Assembly (NCBI GenBank): GCA_964035775.1
Contig: OZ038316.1
Location: forward strand, 10,292,001-10,354,000
Direction: 5' to 3'
DNA length: 62,000 bases
The position numbers were made by a program, and so were the translations under genes. Shown piece by piece: positions 13,501-40,342 of this stretch. Below the pieces are notes generated by a model that was not told where the DNA came from, ran no database searches, and worked only from the letters and a program-made list of their open reading frames with translations. How positions within the stretch are numbered: the first letter of the stretch is position 1; every line of letters begins with the position of its first letter.

Positions 13501-14977
13501 TCACCTATGTAAAATATGTTATAAAATATATTATGATTATAAACATCCAAAAGATACAAATTCATTCTAAATAATGGAAAGTATAATTTTTAAAAAACTT
13601 TTTACTAACTACAATTAAAATTAATTTATATAATTTTCTGAAAAAAAATCACACTAATGAAACTTTTTTTTATTATATAAAGTATGGATATATATATATA
13701 TAATAGTTACAACAAAATTGTTTAAAAATTGTATAAGAATATTTTATATATTATATTTATAGGATTTAGATTTCAAAATAAAAAATATTTCAATTAGAAG
13801 TTTCATTTTTTTGAAAAAACTTATATTTTAAATGTCCTTTATTCATAACTTATAAATTTAACATACATATAATATTATAAATCTAGGCTATCTGATTATA
13901 TATTAATATTAATAAAATAATATAAAGTTTTTTCTTGAAAATCTTCTTTTCGGAGGGCCGTAATAAAAAGATATATTTATAAAATACAATTATATACAAG
14001 TATGAATGATATGTAGTGCTCAGCAAATATAAATACAGAGAAGGATGACAAGTTCTAAATCAGCCTACCTTTGAAATTAAAGCAAATCCAACAAAAATAA
14101 TAATTACCTCAGACTTTTTATAATTTGCTGGGCGACATATTTAGATTCAAATTAAACAAGATATATTTAATACAAATATTTATCAATTTATATACTTTTA
14201 TTTTGCATAAGTTTATATTCAATATAACACCTAAAGATCTTTTATTATTAAGTGTATGTATATTAGACATTTCTAGTACTTAGGTAATGTAATAACTTAG
14301 TATATAGTGGATATAAACAAATATAAATAGTATATAAATGTATTGCTTGATATATCCTTTGTGTGGTTTGTTTATTCATCAATTTTATAGTGTACAACTA
14401 AAATTCAAATCATGGAACTAAACAGGATCGTAAACTAGTTATTAGAAACCGTTAAAGAGAAATTATTTCTAGAAAACGTTACCCGTTTATCTCCGGATTA
14501 GATTTTAAATATAATGGAATATTCCAGAGTAAATTTGTAATAGTAATATACAAGAGGTATCCAGGAACAAATTATATTTTTAATTAGTGCAAATAAAATA
14601 CGCTTCCATAACTTTACCGCGCAACGTTTACCGAATCTATATATCGGCTACGTTCAGTGAATGAATGAAAGTAGTTTAAATAACAATTTTTTAATTATTA
14701 AATTTATCAAAACATAATCGTGATACGTTACCATAAAATTATTATCTTTATCTTTCTCTATGATTTTATAGGTGGAATATATGACATCGCGTGGTTCCTT
14801 AGGGAAACAATCACTTGAACTTTTCGCAATCCATGTTTTATACTCCATGTGTTCATCTAAATTACTTTTGGTTATATTAAATATATCTTCAACTGAGATA
14901 TATGAATTCCCATCAATAACGTGGTGTTTGTGTTTTTGACTATGAGTCATGACTAAAAATACGAAAGATAGTGAAAT
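1597..14977 (-). CDS. CTC1: CST complex subunit CTC1-like OB-fold protein (multi-exon, partial; 5' start and 3' end unresolved)
   Basis: Minus-strand exons with consistent phases: 14732-14977, 10837-11008, 9237-10014, 8223-8346; then 6571-6671, 4905-4952, 4524-4654, 3868-3938, about 3030-3204, 2298-2381, 1597-1670. Exons at 6.7-8.1 kb are only partly resolved. Peptides match recalled human CTC1 in the same order: [16 protein letters not shown] ~ [32 protein letters not shown] ~ [30 protein letters not shown] ~ [30 protein letters not shown] ~ [25 protein letters not shown] ~ STYVQVLSFP. C-terminal CLKC..CITC zinc ribbon. Identity is low. Confidence 0.7.
1720..2290. repeat. Degenerate GAGATAATGAT-type satellite filling a CTC1 intron
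   Basis: Repeated gagataatgat / gatagtgacaa units between exons 1597-1670 and 2298-2381. Confidence 0.92.
2455..2770. repeat. (GGGAGA)n polypurine microsatellite
   Basis: Near-perfect hexamer run followed by purine-rich sequence to about 2940. Confidence 0.98.
3298..3710. repeat. 11-bp minisatellite (TAGTATTTATG)n
   Basis: Near-perfect tandem array in the intron between exons at 3204 and 3868. Confidence 0.98.
4990..6540. repeat. Polypurine satellite (GAGGAGGAAGTGAGAG-type units)
   Basis: 1.5 kb of 13-16 bp units occupying almost the whole intron 4953-6570. Confidence 0.97.
7405..7637. repeat. 12-bp minisatellite (GTCATTATAGGG / GTCATTAGAAGA) running into an N gap
   Basis: Visible tandem units; true length unknown because of the gap. 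Confidence 0.9.
10126..10799. repeat. Two-variant 9-bp minisatellite (CCGAGTACT / CCGCGAACT)
   Basis: About 75 interleaved units inside intron 10015-10836; source of the spurious STP/STR/EYS ORFs. Confidence 0.97.
11700..12965 (+). pseudogene. Decayed MULE (Mutator-like) DDE transposase
   Basis: Ordered fragments in several frames: LFCDGTFK (about 11990-12010), [16 protein letters not shown] (about 12380), HGCFFHSRQ (about 12490, CxxH), [17 protein letters not shown] (about 12935). Interrupted by stops, AT-rich gaps and a 23-bp duplication. Lies antisense within a CTC1 intron. Confidence 0.75.
12987..13152. repeat. ~21-bp AT-rich tandem repeat (ATATATGTTATAAGCTAATAAT-like)
   Basis: Visible tandem array just after the transposase remnant. 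Confidence 0.88.
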
Positions 14978-16277
14978 CTGTAAAAAAAAACAAATTTAAA
15001 TTTCGCAGAATAATCTTCCGCAAAGATGGTAATTAAAATATGATTTATTATCTCAAATTAAATTCAACTATAGATATAGAATACAATTATAACGTAATGC
15101 AGATGTTTCAAAATGCTGTTTTTATAGTAACAAGGAATGTAGTGTTAATGAATATTACGATATCAATGCGAATGCACAACGTACATTGCACATATGTGCG
15201 GGTACCTTTACAGAATTTAACTAGTTGGTTGAAGCGTGAATACCCCACCATGCTGGCCCACATTTGTGATACATTATAAGATAACATCAAATAATAAGAT
15301 ATAGAAAAATATTATTAAATTTTAATAGAAAATATAATTGTTATTAAATATTTATTTATAATATAATATGTGTAACTATAGCATATACCATTTCAATGTC
15401 ACGCCAATCATAACTGATGCATGTTTGTAAGAAATAAAAGATCAAAGTATTATATATGCGTGAATATTATATATATAATATATTAAATAAAAAATACACA
15501 TATAGTCCTAATAACTCTATAATGAGTATTATAAATAATATTGTTTTATTAGTAAATTTTTAAATTTCAACTACTTTTATTGATCAATGATGTACTTAAT
15601 TGTATACATTACGTTAGGAATTTACTGGAACCCACTCTCCATAGGCTTTAATATTACACATTTTGATGAGTTGTAAAAAATCAATGATGCAAATATGAGA
15701 AATATTTTCAAATCCTAGAGTGAGAAATTCTTAACTATTTATTAAGTAATTTAATATTTTTATAAAATATAAATTTTATAAATGGTATATTATAATAGAT
15801 TAATGTTCATGTTCACCATTGTTTTTGTATATAAACACAATACATTATAAACTTCTTTTGTAGTTTATAAATTAGAAAGAACTTTGATATAAAATATCCC
15901 GTATAGATCATTTGAAAACATATTATACACCTAAATACGTGATTGTTTGATAATAACTATAATGCCTATAGTGAACACTGTAAACCTTTTAAAACTATAT
16001 AATTATTTGTTTAAAATTCACATAATGATGATAATATATATTTAATGTTTATTGATATTGATATTTAATACGGATTACTATATATGTAAGTATCAAAAGT
16101 GAATAGTAATTTAATTATCATCATAACTCATGATTGTTAATTTATGGATTTGGATAAGACATTACAAATGTTTAGTATTTAATATATCCATATATATATA
16201 TATTAGATTAGGTCAAAAAATTATTTCAAAGATTATAAATACTTAAGATTTTACTCGCTAGATGATTGAGAGTAAAA

Positions 16278-18421
<2,144 letters not shown>

Positions 18422-18585
18422 TCGTTGTCGTCGTCGTATTATTTAATTTATAAAATAATGGAATTGAAAAAATTTGAAAATAAAAAAAAATACCAAACAT
18501 TTTATAGAAAACCTTATTATTGCATATTATTTGTAAATGTAATATAAAAATATAACGTCGAAGTGAATGTAAACAATCGTCGGTT

Positions 18586-21500
18586 CTACTCGCCGGTCCA
18601 TTCTAGTATGTGACTCACGGTGACCGCCGCCAGACAGACTACGGCCCACGCCAACACAAAGTAGACCCACGCGGAGCCGCGAAACGGCGACTTCGAGCCG
18701 TTGGCTTCGGCGATATCGCCGAGCTGGCGTCGGGCGCAAAACACCAAAGCCGTCGGTACGACGTACTGAATCATACCGCCGGCGTAGGAACCCGTCACCG
18801 ACACGAGGGCGCCGACGTCGTTTGTGGCGTAGGCGACGAGCAACGGCGGCGCCAACGCCACGACCGGAAACACGACGCGATCGATGACCCACGGGTAGCG
18901 AGCGTTGTCGCGAGCGAACAGCGATTTGATGTTCTCGCGCAGCGTGATGCCGACCATCGGGAAGTTCGAACTCAACGCGAACACGGGAAACAACGCCAGG
19001 AAGTAGCCGACGGCGTCGGGAACGGCGTCGGCGTCGCCGTCGACGCACGGACGCGGCTCGAAGTTCAAAGTGTAGAGGTCGGAGATGTCGCGAAACGCGA
19101 AAACGCCGGTCAACGACAGCAACGCGTAGAACACCAAGATAAGCGCGTAATCGCCGGCGAAGAGCAAATGGATGCGCGACTTGTCGGAGATGGGCGTTGC
19201 GATCGAAGGCAACGAGTGGTGGCACATGAAGGAGTAGACGCAGATGCCGAACAGCGTCGGGATGCCCCTGGCGTTGAAAGCGATCGCGTGGACACCGCGG
19301 TTACTGGTCAGTCGGTTGCAAGCGATCGCGATCATTGCTGCGAAGGCTGTAACGAAGTGCTACATTTCAGTCTCGGATGGCGTGGATAGTTATTCGGTCG
19401 ACATATTATTTTATTGGTAATTTTTAAGATACAAAGGAAATTAATTAATAGATTGAGCATATTTGAAATGTTGGATTTAAAAATAACCTAGTCATAGAAA
19501 TATAGATATTCATTAGCTAATATATATTATATTCATTAATTATTGATATATAAGTTTTAAAAACTAAATAATAAAATAAATGTTATTAGAACTTTCATAC
19601 ATTCCAACAAGTTTCTGAAACTAACAAATCCACCGAATTACGGCTGTAAATATTTGCATGTATTTCATTTTTGTAATGTTGAAGAAAACAAAAGGGCATA
19701 ACAACACAATGAATATTGTCTGTAATAATGAATTAATGTTTGTAATACAATGGATACAATGGATGTTGGTTACATGCTGTTCAAAATAAGAATAGAACAT
19801 AAAATTAATATTTAAATTAATACGTAAATCAGTTGTACAATTTACAAATATAAATTGCGGAGTGATTATTTAACAATTAAAATCGATTTACTCGGAATAC
19901 AAACGAGAAACATGCGATAGGCATCGTATCTTGTTATATAAGAGATGGACTCCCAGCAGAGTTGGTTCTGCGGAATTGTCTGATTACAGGGAACCAACGG
20001 ATCACGATAAGTACTGTATGTACATAGGTTGTCACCGAGGGGGGAGGGGGGCATTGGTAGTAAGTCAGTTTGGGCTATTTGCGGTTATTCTAGGATATTG
20101 AGGAGGCTTCCGCAGTCGAAGTAATTGTCGGAATTATTAAACAAAGCATAAACAAAAGTTTATAACAATCAAAGTGTGCAGGTCTTCAAATGTAAACAAA
20201 TACCAAAGAGTTCGGTGATAATTTTACCCACCTTGTAAATATGCCCTCAGTTAGTAATCTAAAATATTAAAATGAATTGGTTTGAATGACGAAATAACAT
20301 GTATATTTAAAGAGGATACAGGCCGTTATTGTAACTACTGTCATAATATATGGAGTGTTTATATAACATTTTTAAAAATACTGAAAAAGCACAAAATTTA
20401 CATGTCATTCTTCTGATTGGAATTACGTAAATTATAAAGTGTTTACAAAAATGGTAATTATTTTATAATCATATTCTATATGTAAAATAGATGTTTTTAA
20501 TAACTATAGTTTGGTTTTATCCACAATGGTGAATTTAATTATAAAGAATATTATTCAAGAAGTAAATTAATTATTTTTGAATTAATAAACTAAATTATAA
20601 TATTATATTAGTTCAAATCATATAATTAATCATATGGGAATTATCAGTGTTTTATGCTCGCAAATTAAACATGTTCTATGCTGGAAGACAAATTAAATAC
20701 GGCGTAAGTCTTGGAATATATTCTGAAAATTGAAAATGTTTGCAATAATCATAGAAATGGGAGATATGTCACTCGCAAACAGTCTAACCACGCGACGTCC
20801 CTCATAGATTTCGGCACGGCTGCTGCATAGATTGCCAAGTCTCCGTAAAGGTAGGCGACCATTGCAATGTAGAAGAATATCACCCCGGCTATTGGCGGGG
20901 TGATGCGAGGATATGTCGAGAGGAAGAATAAGGTGAAGTCATGGCGAACGCAGTGAGAGAGGAGCGAATACCGAGCGTTGCTAACTTTTACTGAAGAACA
21001 GAGATGACATTTGACCCTGAAATGTTAGATTATAAAAAATGAGAGAATTCGGCACTAGAAATATAAATTAGAATAATTGAAAATGAATTCAAGAAAAGCT
21101 ATTATTAAATAATATATAAACCATTTCTACTTTCTTTGTGATTTCGAAGAGTTGGGGTAAACTCCGCTGACTCCTAGCTGTGGTAGAGTTCGCGGAGATC
21201 GTAATGAAACAATATGCGTATCATAAGAAAAATTGAAGTAAATAATGAATAAGTTTCACAACTTAACATTGGACTGGTCAAGCCATCGAGATTAGTGTAT
21301 CGCATTAGTTTATGTAAACAAACACGTTATTAACAATAATGAAAGGTAACTAACGCTGACTAATCAATACATCATATTCGGAATCAGGAGTTGATCTGTC
21401 AGACTGTGTGCGTGAATATAAGAATCATTAATAAGATGTGTTTTGAATTGTTCTCATGTCAATACGAATACATATCTAAATGACTTAAAAACTTGGGAAA

Positions 21501-24500
21501 TATATCTAACGAAAACATCTTTAGCTTATGCAATAAATGTCTTTAGAGATATCTTAGATCACTCGGGTTAGCGCATGTTGTTAGTACATGTTGTTAGCAC
21601 ATGTTGTTAGTACATGTTGTTAGTACATGTTGTTAGTACATGTTGTTTTTATTAAAAAGTATTATCGCAAAATCTTAAATCTTCACAGAAACCTGCGGTC
21701 AATAAACTTAACATGTCAGTTGTTAGGTTCATATTCAGGTTATATAAGATATATTGTGTCTTCTTCACTTTGATTATAGATAAGTGATTAAACAATAAGT
21801 TATTGTATAATAAGTGAATATATTCATAGTTTTAATTTTATTGAATATATTCATAAAATTGTATCTCTTAAATTTGTAAGGATTTAATTAAGTTTGATTT
21901 AAAAATCGTAAATATGAATACGTTAAAGTAGATTTCTATTGTGAAGTAACTAGATACACTTTATACTCCGAAGAAATATGGGGCATCGGTTGACTCTATA
22001 TTGAGACATAGAACACTCTCTATAGTATATACTAGTATATCCATAATTATATCCACACAGACTCTACAATATCACTTTAGCGTTAATCTATTATAAAAAC
22101 ACACCACTTAAAATTATTATCAGTAAATAACACAAATATTCAGAAAGAGATTAGAAAATATCTACATTTGAGAGCTCACCAGTAATCATTATTTGGGCTA
22201 TTCATGACTATAATATGCTCAGAATAATTCTCAATCTCAGATTTAAATAGAGATTTGTTTAATGATCAATAATATTGATATAAGATGTATTAATACCGTT
22301 TAAACAAACAATACAACTTATCAATATTGATAGTAGACATAGCATAATGGAATATGGTTATTAATATATTAGTAATTTGGTATTTCTATGTGAATTGGAT
22401 GTCATTATATATGATTATATTTGATTTTTAAAAACAACATAGAATTCATTATAGCTTGTGTTAATAATAATTACTTATCATTACAATAACTACTTTTAAT
22501 TACAATAACTATTTAGCATTAAAATAACTACTTATCATTATAATAACTACTTATCATTATAATAACTACTTATCATTACGATAACTACTTTTAATTACAA
22601 TAACAATTTTAATTATAATAACTACTTTTCATTACAATAACTACTTATTATTACAATAACTACTTTTAATTATAATAACTACTTATCATTACTATAACTA
22701 CTTTTAATTACGATAACTACTTATCATTACAATAACTACTTTTCATTACAATAACTACTTTTAATTATAATAACTACTTTTATTTATAATAACTACTTTT
22801 CATTAAAATAACTACTTATCATTATATTAACTACTTTTAATTATAATAACTACTTTTCATTACAATAACTACTTATTATTACAATAACAACTTTTAATTA
22901 TAATAACTACTTTTAATTACAATAACTACTTATCATTACAATAACTACTTATCATTACAATAACTACTTTTAATTATAATAACTACTTTTCATTACAATA
23001 ACTACTTATCATTACAATAACTATTTTTAATTACAATAATTACTTTTATTACAATAACTACTTATCATTATATTAACTACTTTTAATTATAATAACAACT
23101 TTTCATTACAATAACTACTTTTAATTATAATAACTACTTATCATTACAATAACTACTTATCATTATATTAACTACTTTTAATTATAATAACTACTTTTCA
23201 TTACAATAACTACTTATTATTACAATAACAACTTTTCATTACAATAACTACTTTTAATTACAATAACTACTTATCATTACAATAACTACTTATCATTACA
23301 ATAACTACTATTAATTATAATAACTACTTTTCATTACAATAACTACTTATCATTACAATAACTACTTTTAATTACAATAATTACTTTTATTACAATAACT
23401 ACTTATCATTATATTAACTACTTTTAATTATAATAACTACTTTTCATTACAATAACTACTTATTATTACAATAACAACTTTTCATTACAATAACTACTTT
23501 TAATTACAATAACTACTTATCATTACAATAACTACTTATCATTACAATAACTACTATTAATTATAATAACTACTTTTCATTAAAATAACTACTTATCATT
23601 ACAATAACTACTTTTAATTACAATAATTACTTTTATTACAATAACTACTTATCATTATATTAACTACTTTTAATTATAATAACTACTTTTTATTACAATA
23701 ACTACTTTTCATTACAATAACTACTTATCATTACAATAACTACTTTTAATTACAATAATTACTTTTATTACAATAACTACTTATCATTATATTAACTACT
23801 TTTAATTATATTAACTACTTTTAATTATAATAACTACATTTTATTACAATAACTACTTATCATTACAATAACTACTTTTAATTACAATAATTACTTTTAT
23901 TACAATAACTACTTATCATTATATTAACTACTTTTAATTATATTAACTACTTTTAATTATAATAATTACTTTTTATTACAATAACTACTTATCATTACAA
24001 TAACTACTTTTAATTACAATAATTACTTTTATTACAATAACTACTTATCATTATATTAACTACTTTTAATTATAATAACTACTTTTCATTACAATAACTA
24101 CTTATTATTACAATAACAACTTTTCATTACAATAACTACTTTTAATTACAATAACTACTTATCATTACAATAACTACTTATCATTACAATAACTACTATT
24201 AATTATAATAACTACTTTTCATTAAAATAACTACTTATCATTACAATAACTACTTTTAATTACAATAATTACTTTTATTACAATAACTACTTATCATTAT
24301 ATTAACTACTTTTAATTATAATAACTACTTTTTATTACAATAACTACTTTTCATTACAATAACTACTTATCATTACAATAATTACTTTTAATTACAATAA
24401 TTACTTTTATTACAATAACTACTTATCATTATATTAACTACTTTTAATTATATTAACTACTTTTAATTATAATAACTACTTTTTATTACAATAACTACTT

Positions 24501-26626
24501 TTAATTACAATAATTACTTTTATTACAATAACTACTTATCATTATATTAACTACTTTTAATTATATTAACTACTTTTAATTATAATAACTACTTTTTATT
24601 ACAATAACTACTTATCATTACAATAACTACTTATCATTACGATAACTAAACTTCATCACATGATCGCTTGGCAAAAACTACGCAACGTACCTGCACATTC
24701 TTCTGTTTCTTGATGCGAATCATAGCGTTAGCCGCTGCCATGGCTTCGATGACAAACGTCGCCGTTATGTAACTGCGACGAAGGCAAGAGAGGTCGTGTT
24801 ATGTAACGCAACAACGTAAACACGAATAAGAGTTGCACACCTCGTAAAAGGCATTCACGCAAAACACTTAATATGGTAAACATGGGACCGCATCCACGCT
24901 GGTAATAATTGCGTTCGTAAATTTGAACGTGAGGGAAATCCACGTAGCGTTCAGGGAACACGTTCAAGCCTGCGAGATGGCGCTATAGTTTGTACTTACA
25001 AACAAACGGCGTAAACGTCGATTTCACGAGTAAACACCGGTTCCTAAGTTCGCTGCAAGGTGTCCCCGTTGCTACTGGTGCCGGCGTTTAGGGCAAACGA
25101 GAGAATAAAGTGAATATTGACCTCATCAGAGCGAGGACGACAATCAGGGCGAGACTGAGCAACCATCCCGCAGCCTGAAAAGCTCCGGGCATCGTGAGAG
25201 CGCCCGTTCCAACAATCAAATTGAAAACGAATATCAAGCCAACCTAATGGATTTTTAGTAGCGTTAATCGTAATGCAAATATGCATTACAGATGTTATTT
25301 GTAGCCATTTTGTATGTGATGTCATAATAATACATATTAATAAGTGAGAGGTGTTTTTAATGGTATCATTTTGACGAGATTGCTAGATTAGCATTTCAGT
25401 AACTCATAAATTGAAAATATATAAAATCCAGACACTCCGAATCAAACATTAATTTGAACATTTTATATTGAACAATATTATATATAATATTTTTAATAAT
25501 ATTTTTGTGAATTTTTAATTGAAAGTACATAATTACAATTATATATATTTTAGAGTTTTTATAAAATGAGAACAAAGGAAATAACAAATGTGAATTTGTG
25601 CCAACATTCATGTACGTAATCTATCGCTGGAGAATTATTGTTTATAGGAAACCAGATATTGCCGAGTCCTAGAAATCCAATAACGCATGAGTTCATTATT
25701 ATAAAATTTCACATATTAATTACATTTAAGTATTTCGATAAAAAGTATGATGCAACACTGAGAATATAAAATGAGTCTTTAAAGCGTTGTACTATAATTT
25801 AAACTTGTGTGTATTACAAACTAATGTGTGATATAAACTAATGTGTGATATAAACTTGTGTGTGATATAAACTTGTGTGTGATATAAACTTGTGTTGTTA
25901 TATTATTAATTATTATATTTAGGATTACATGTGAAAGGAGCTCATTGAAATAAAAAACAATTGATAACATGCATACTTAAAATCAATATCAGTAGAAAAT
26001 CGAAAGTTGAAAACAATAATGTTCATAATTGTGAATGTGTCTGATCATTATGAGACAAATATAAAGAAATAAAAAGTAACCAGGTATATATGGTAATTCA
26101 TAATTTTAACATTTTAATCATCAATATGCAATAGCATCCAGTAATGTATTGAAGAGTACATGAAAATAAAGGGAGCATAGTATGTGATAGTTTAATGTAT
26201 TCCTACACTAACTAGCCATTGTCAAACAGCATATTAGTAGTGTATGTAAAAAAATGGCAGTATAGTTTTTTAGAAGTAGGCGCCGATTACTATACGGACT
26301 ATAGGACTTTACCTGCCTCGTAACCAACATGACACACGTATAGTGTACATCCTGACGAGTACACTTCTGTTATAACATACAAGCGAGGACTATACTTGCA
26401 ATCATTGATATTAAATTCGATTATGAGATATCTCGCTGATTTCATTGATTATTATTTTAATATATATACTTATAAAGTGTATATATTATACACTTGTATA
26501 GTGTTTACATTATATAATTTTAAAATATTATGATTACATAATAAAATGTTTAATATGTTAGCAAATAACTATTTATAAACTAACACCTGGGGAATATTGG
26601 CCTACGGCTGGTGTATCTTGTGGCAT
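18586..26626 (-). CDS. TMEM104: Transmembrane protein 104 (amino-acid-transporter-like), 481 aa
   Basis: Exons 26585-26626, 25122-25243, 24691-24772, 21355-21403, 21122-21177, 20986-21016, 20789-20888, 19905-20013, 19626-19719, 18586-19346; all phases join. Motifs FNLIVGTGALTMP, FVIEAMAAANA, YLYGDLAIYAAAVP, FGICVYSFMCHHSLPS, TGSYAG. Confidence 0.93.
21575..21647. repeat. 13-bp tandem repeat (CATGTTGTTAGTA)
   Basis: About 6 visible copies in a TMEM104 intron. Confidence 0.88.
22465..24647. repeat. 18-bp minisatellite (ATTACAATAACTACTT[TTA/ATC/TTC])n
   Basis: 2.2 kb array in TMEM104 intron 3, ending about 40 bp from the donor at 24690. Confidence 0.97.
25800..25895. repeat. 16-18 bp tandem repeat (AAACTTGTGTGTGATAT-like)
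   Basis: About 5 visible copies in TMEM104 intron 1. Confidence 0.8.
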
Positions 26627-26854
26627 TATGACACGTTAAACGGTAATAATATAGATAAATGTAGTGAAATAATATTAATAATTATACATATTTTTAGGAT
26701 AATGAAATTGTTTGAAAGCTATATAATATTCACTATAAAAATGTAAAACCAGTTCAGAAAAAAATATAATAAAATTTAAGTTCGTAAATGGCAAGTCATG
26801 TGACTTGTCAATAATTTAAGAAATATTTGAACACTATATTTTTGTGATAGAAAA
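26627..26854. promoter_or_regulatory. Putative bidirectional promoter between TMEM104 and PSMD2
   Basis: Only 228 bp separate the divergent ATGs. Contains the near-palindrome CAAGTCATGTGACTTG at 26792-26807. Confidence 0.65.
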
Positions 26855-40178
<13,324 letters not shown>

Positions 40179-40342
40179 TATATTTATTTATGATTAACAG
40201 CTATTTAACCAATTTAATTTTTAATAAAATTACAATTATTTATAGAAACTATTCAACCATTTATTCATTTATATATCCATTATATAATGTATAGTTTTAT
40301 ATTTTTATTGGGAATACATTATTAATAAAGTTGATATATAGA

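Noticed and set aside
18527..19389. Overlapping 232 and 259 aa ORFs
   Set aside because: Alternative-frame and antisense shadows of the GC-rich last TMEM104 exon.
25617..25668. Possible alternative TMEM104 exon (GLGNIWFPINNNSPAIDY)
   Set aside because: Phase-compatible only with an alternative donor, has no homology support, and the gene is complete without it.
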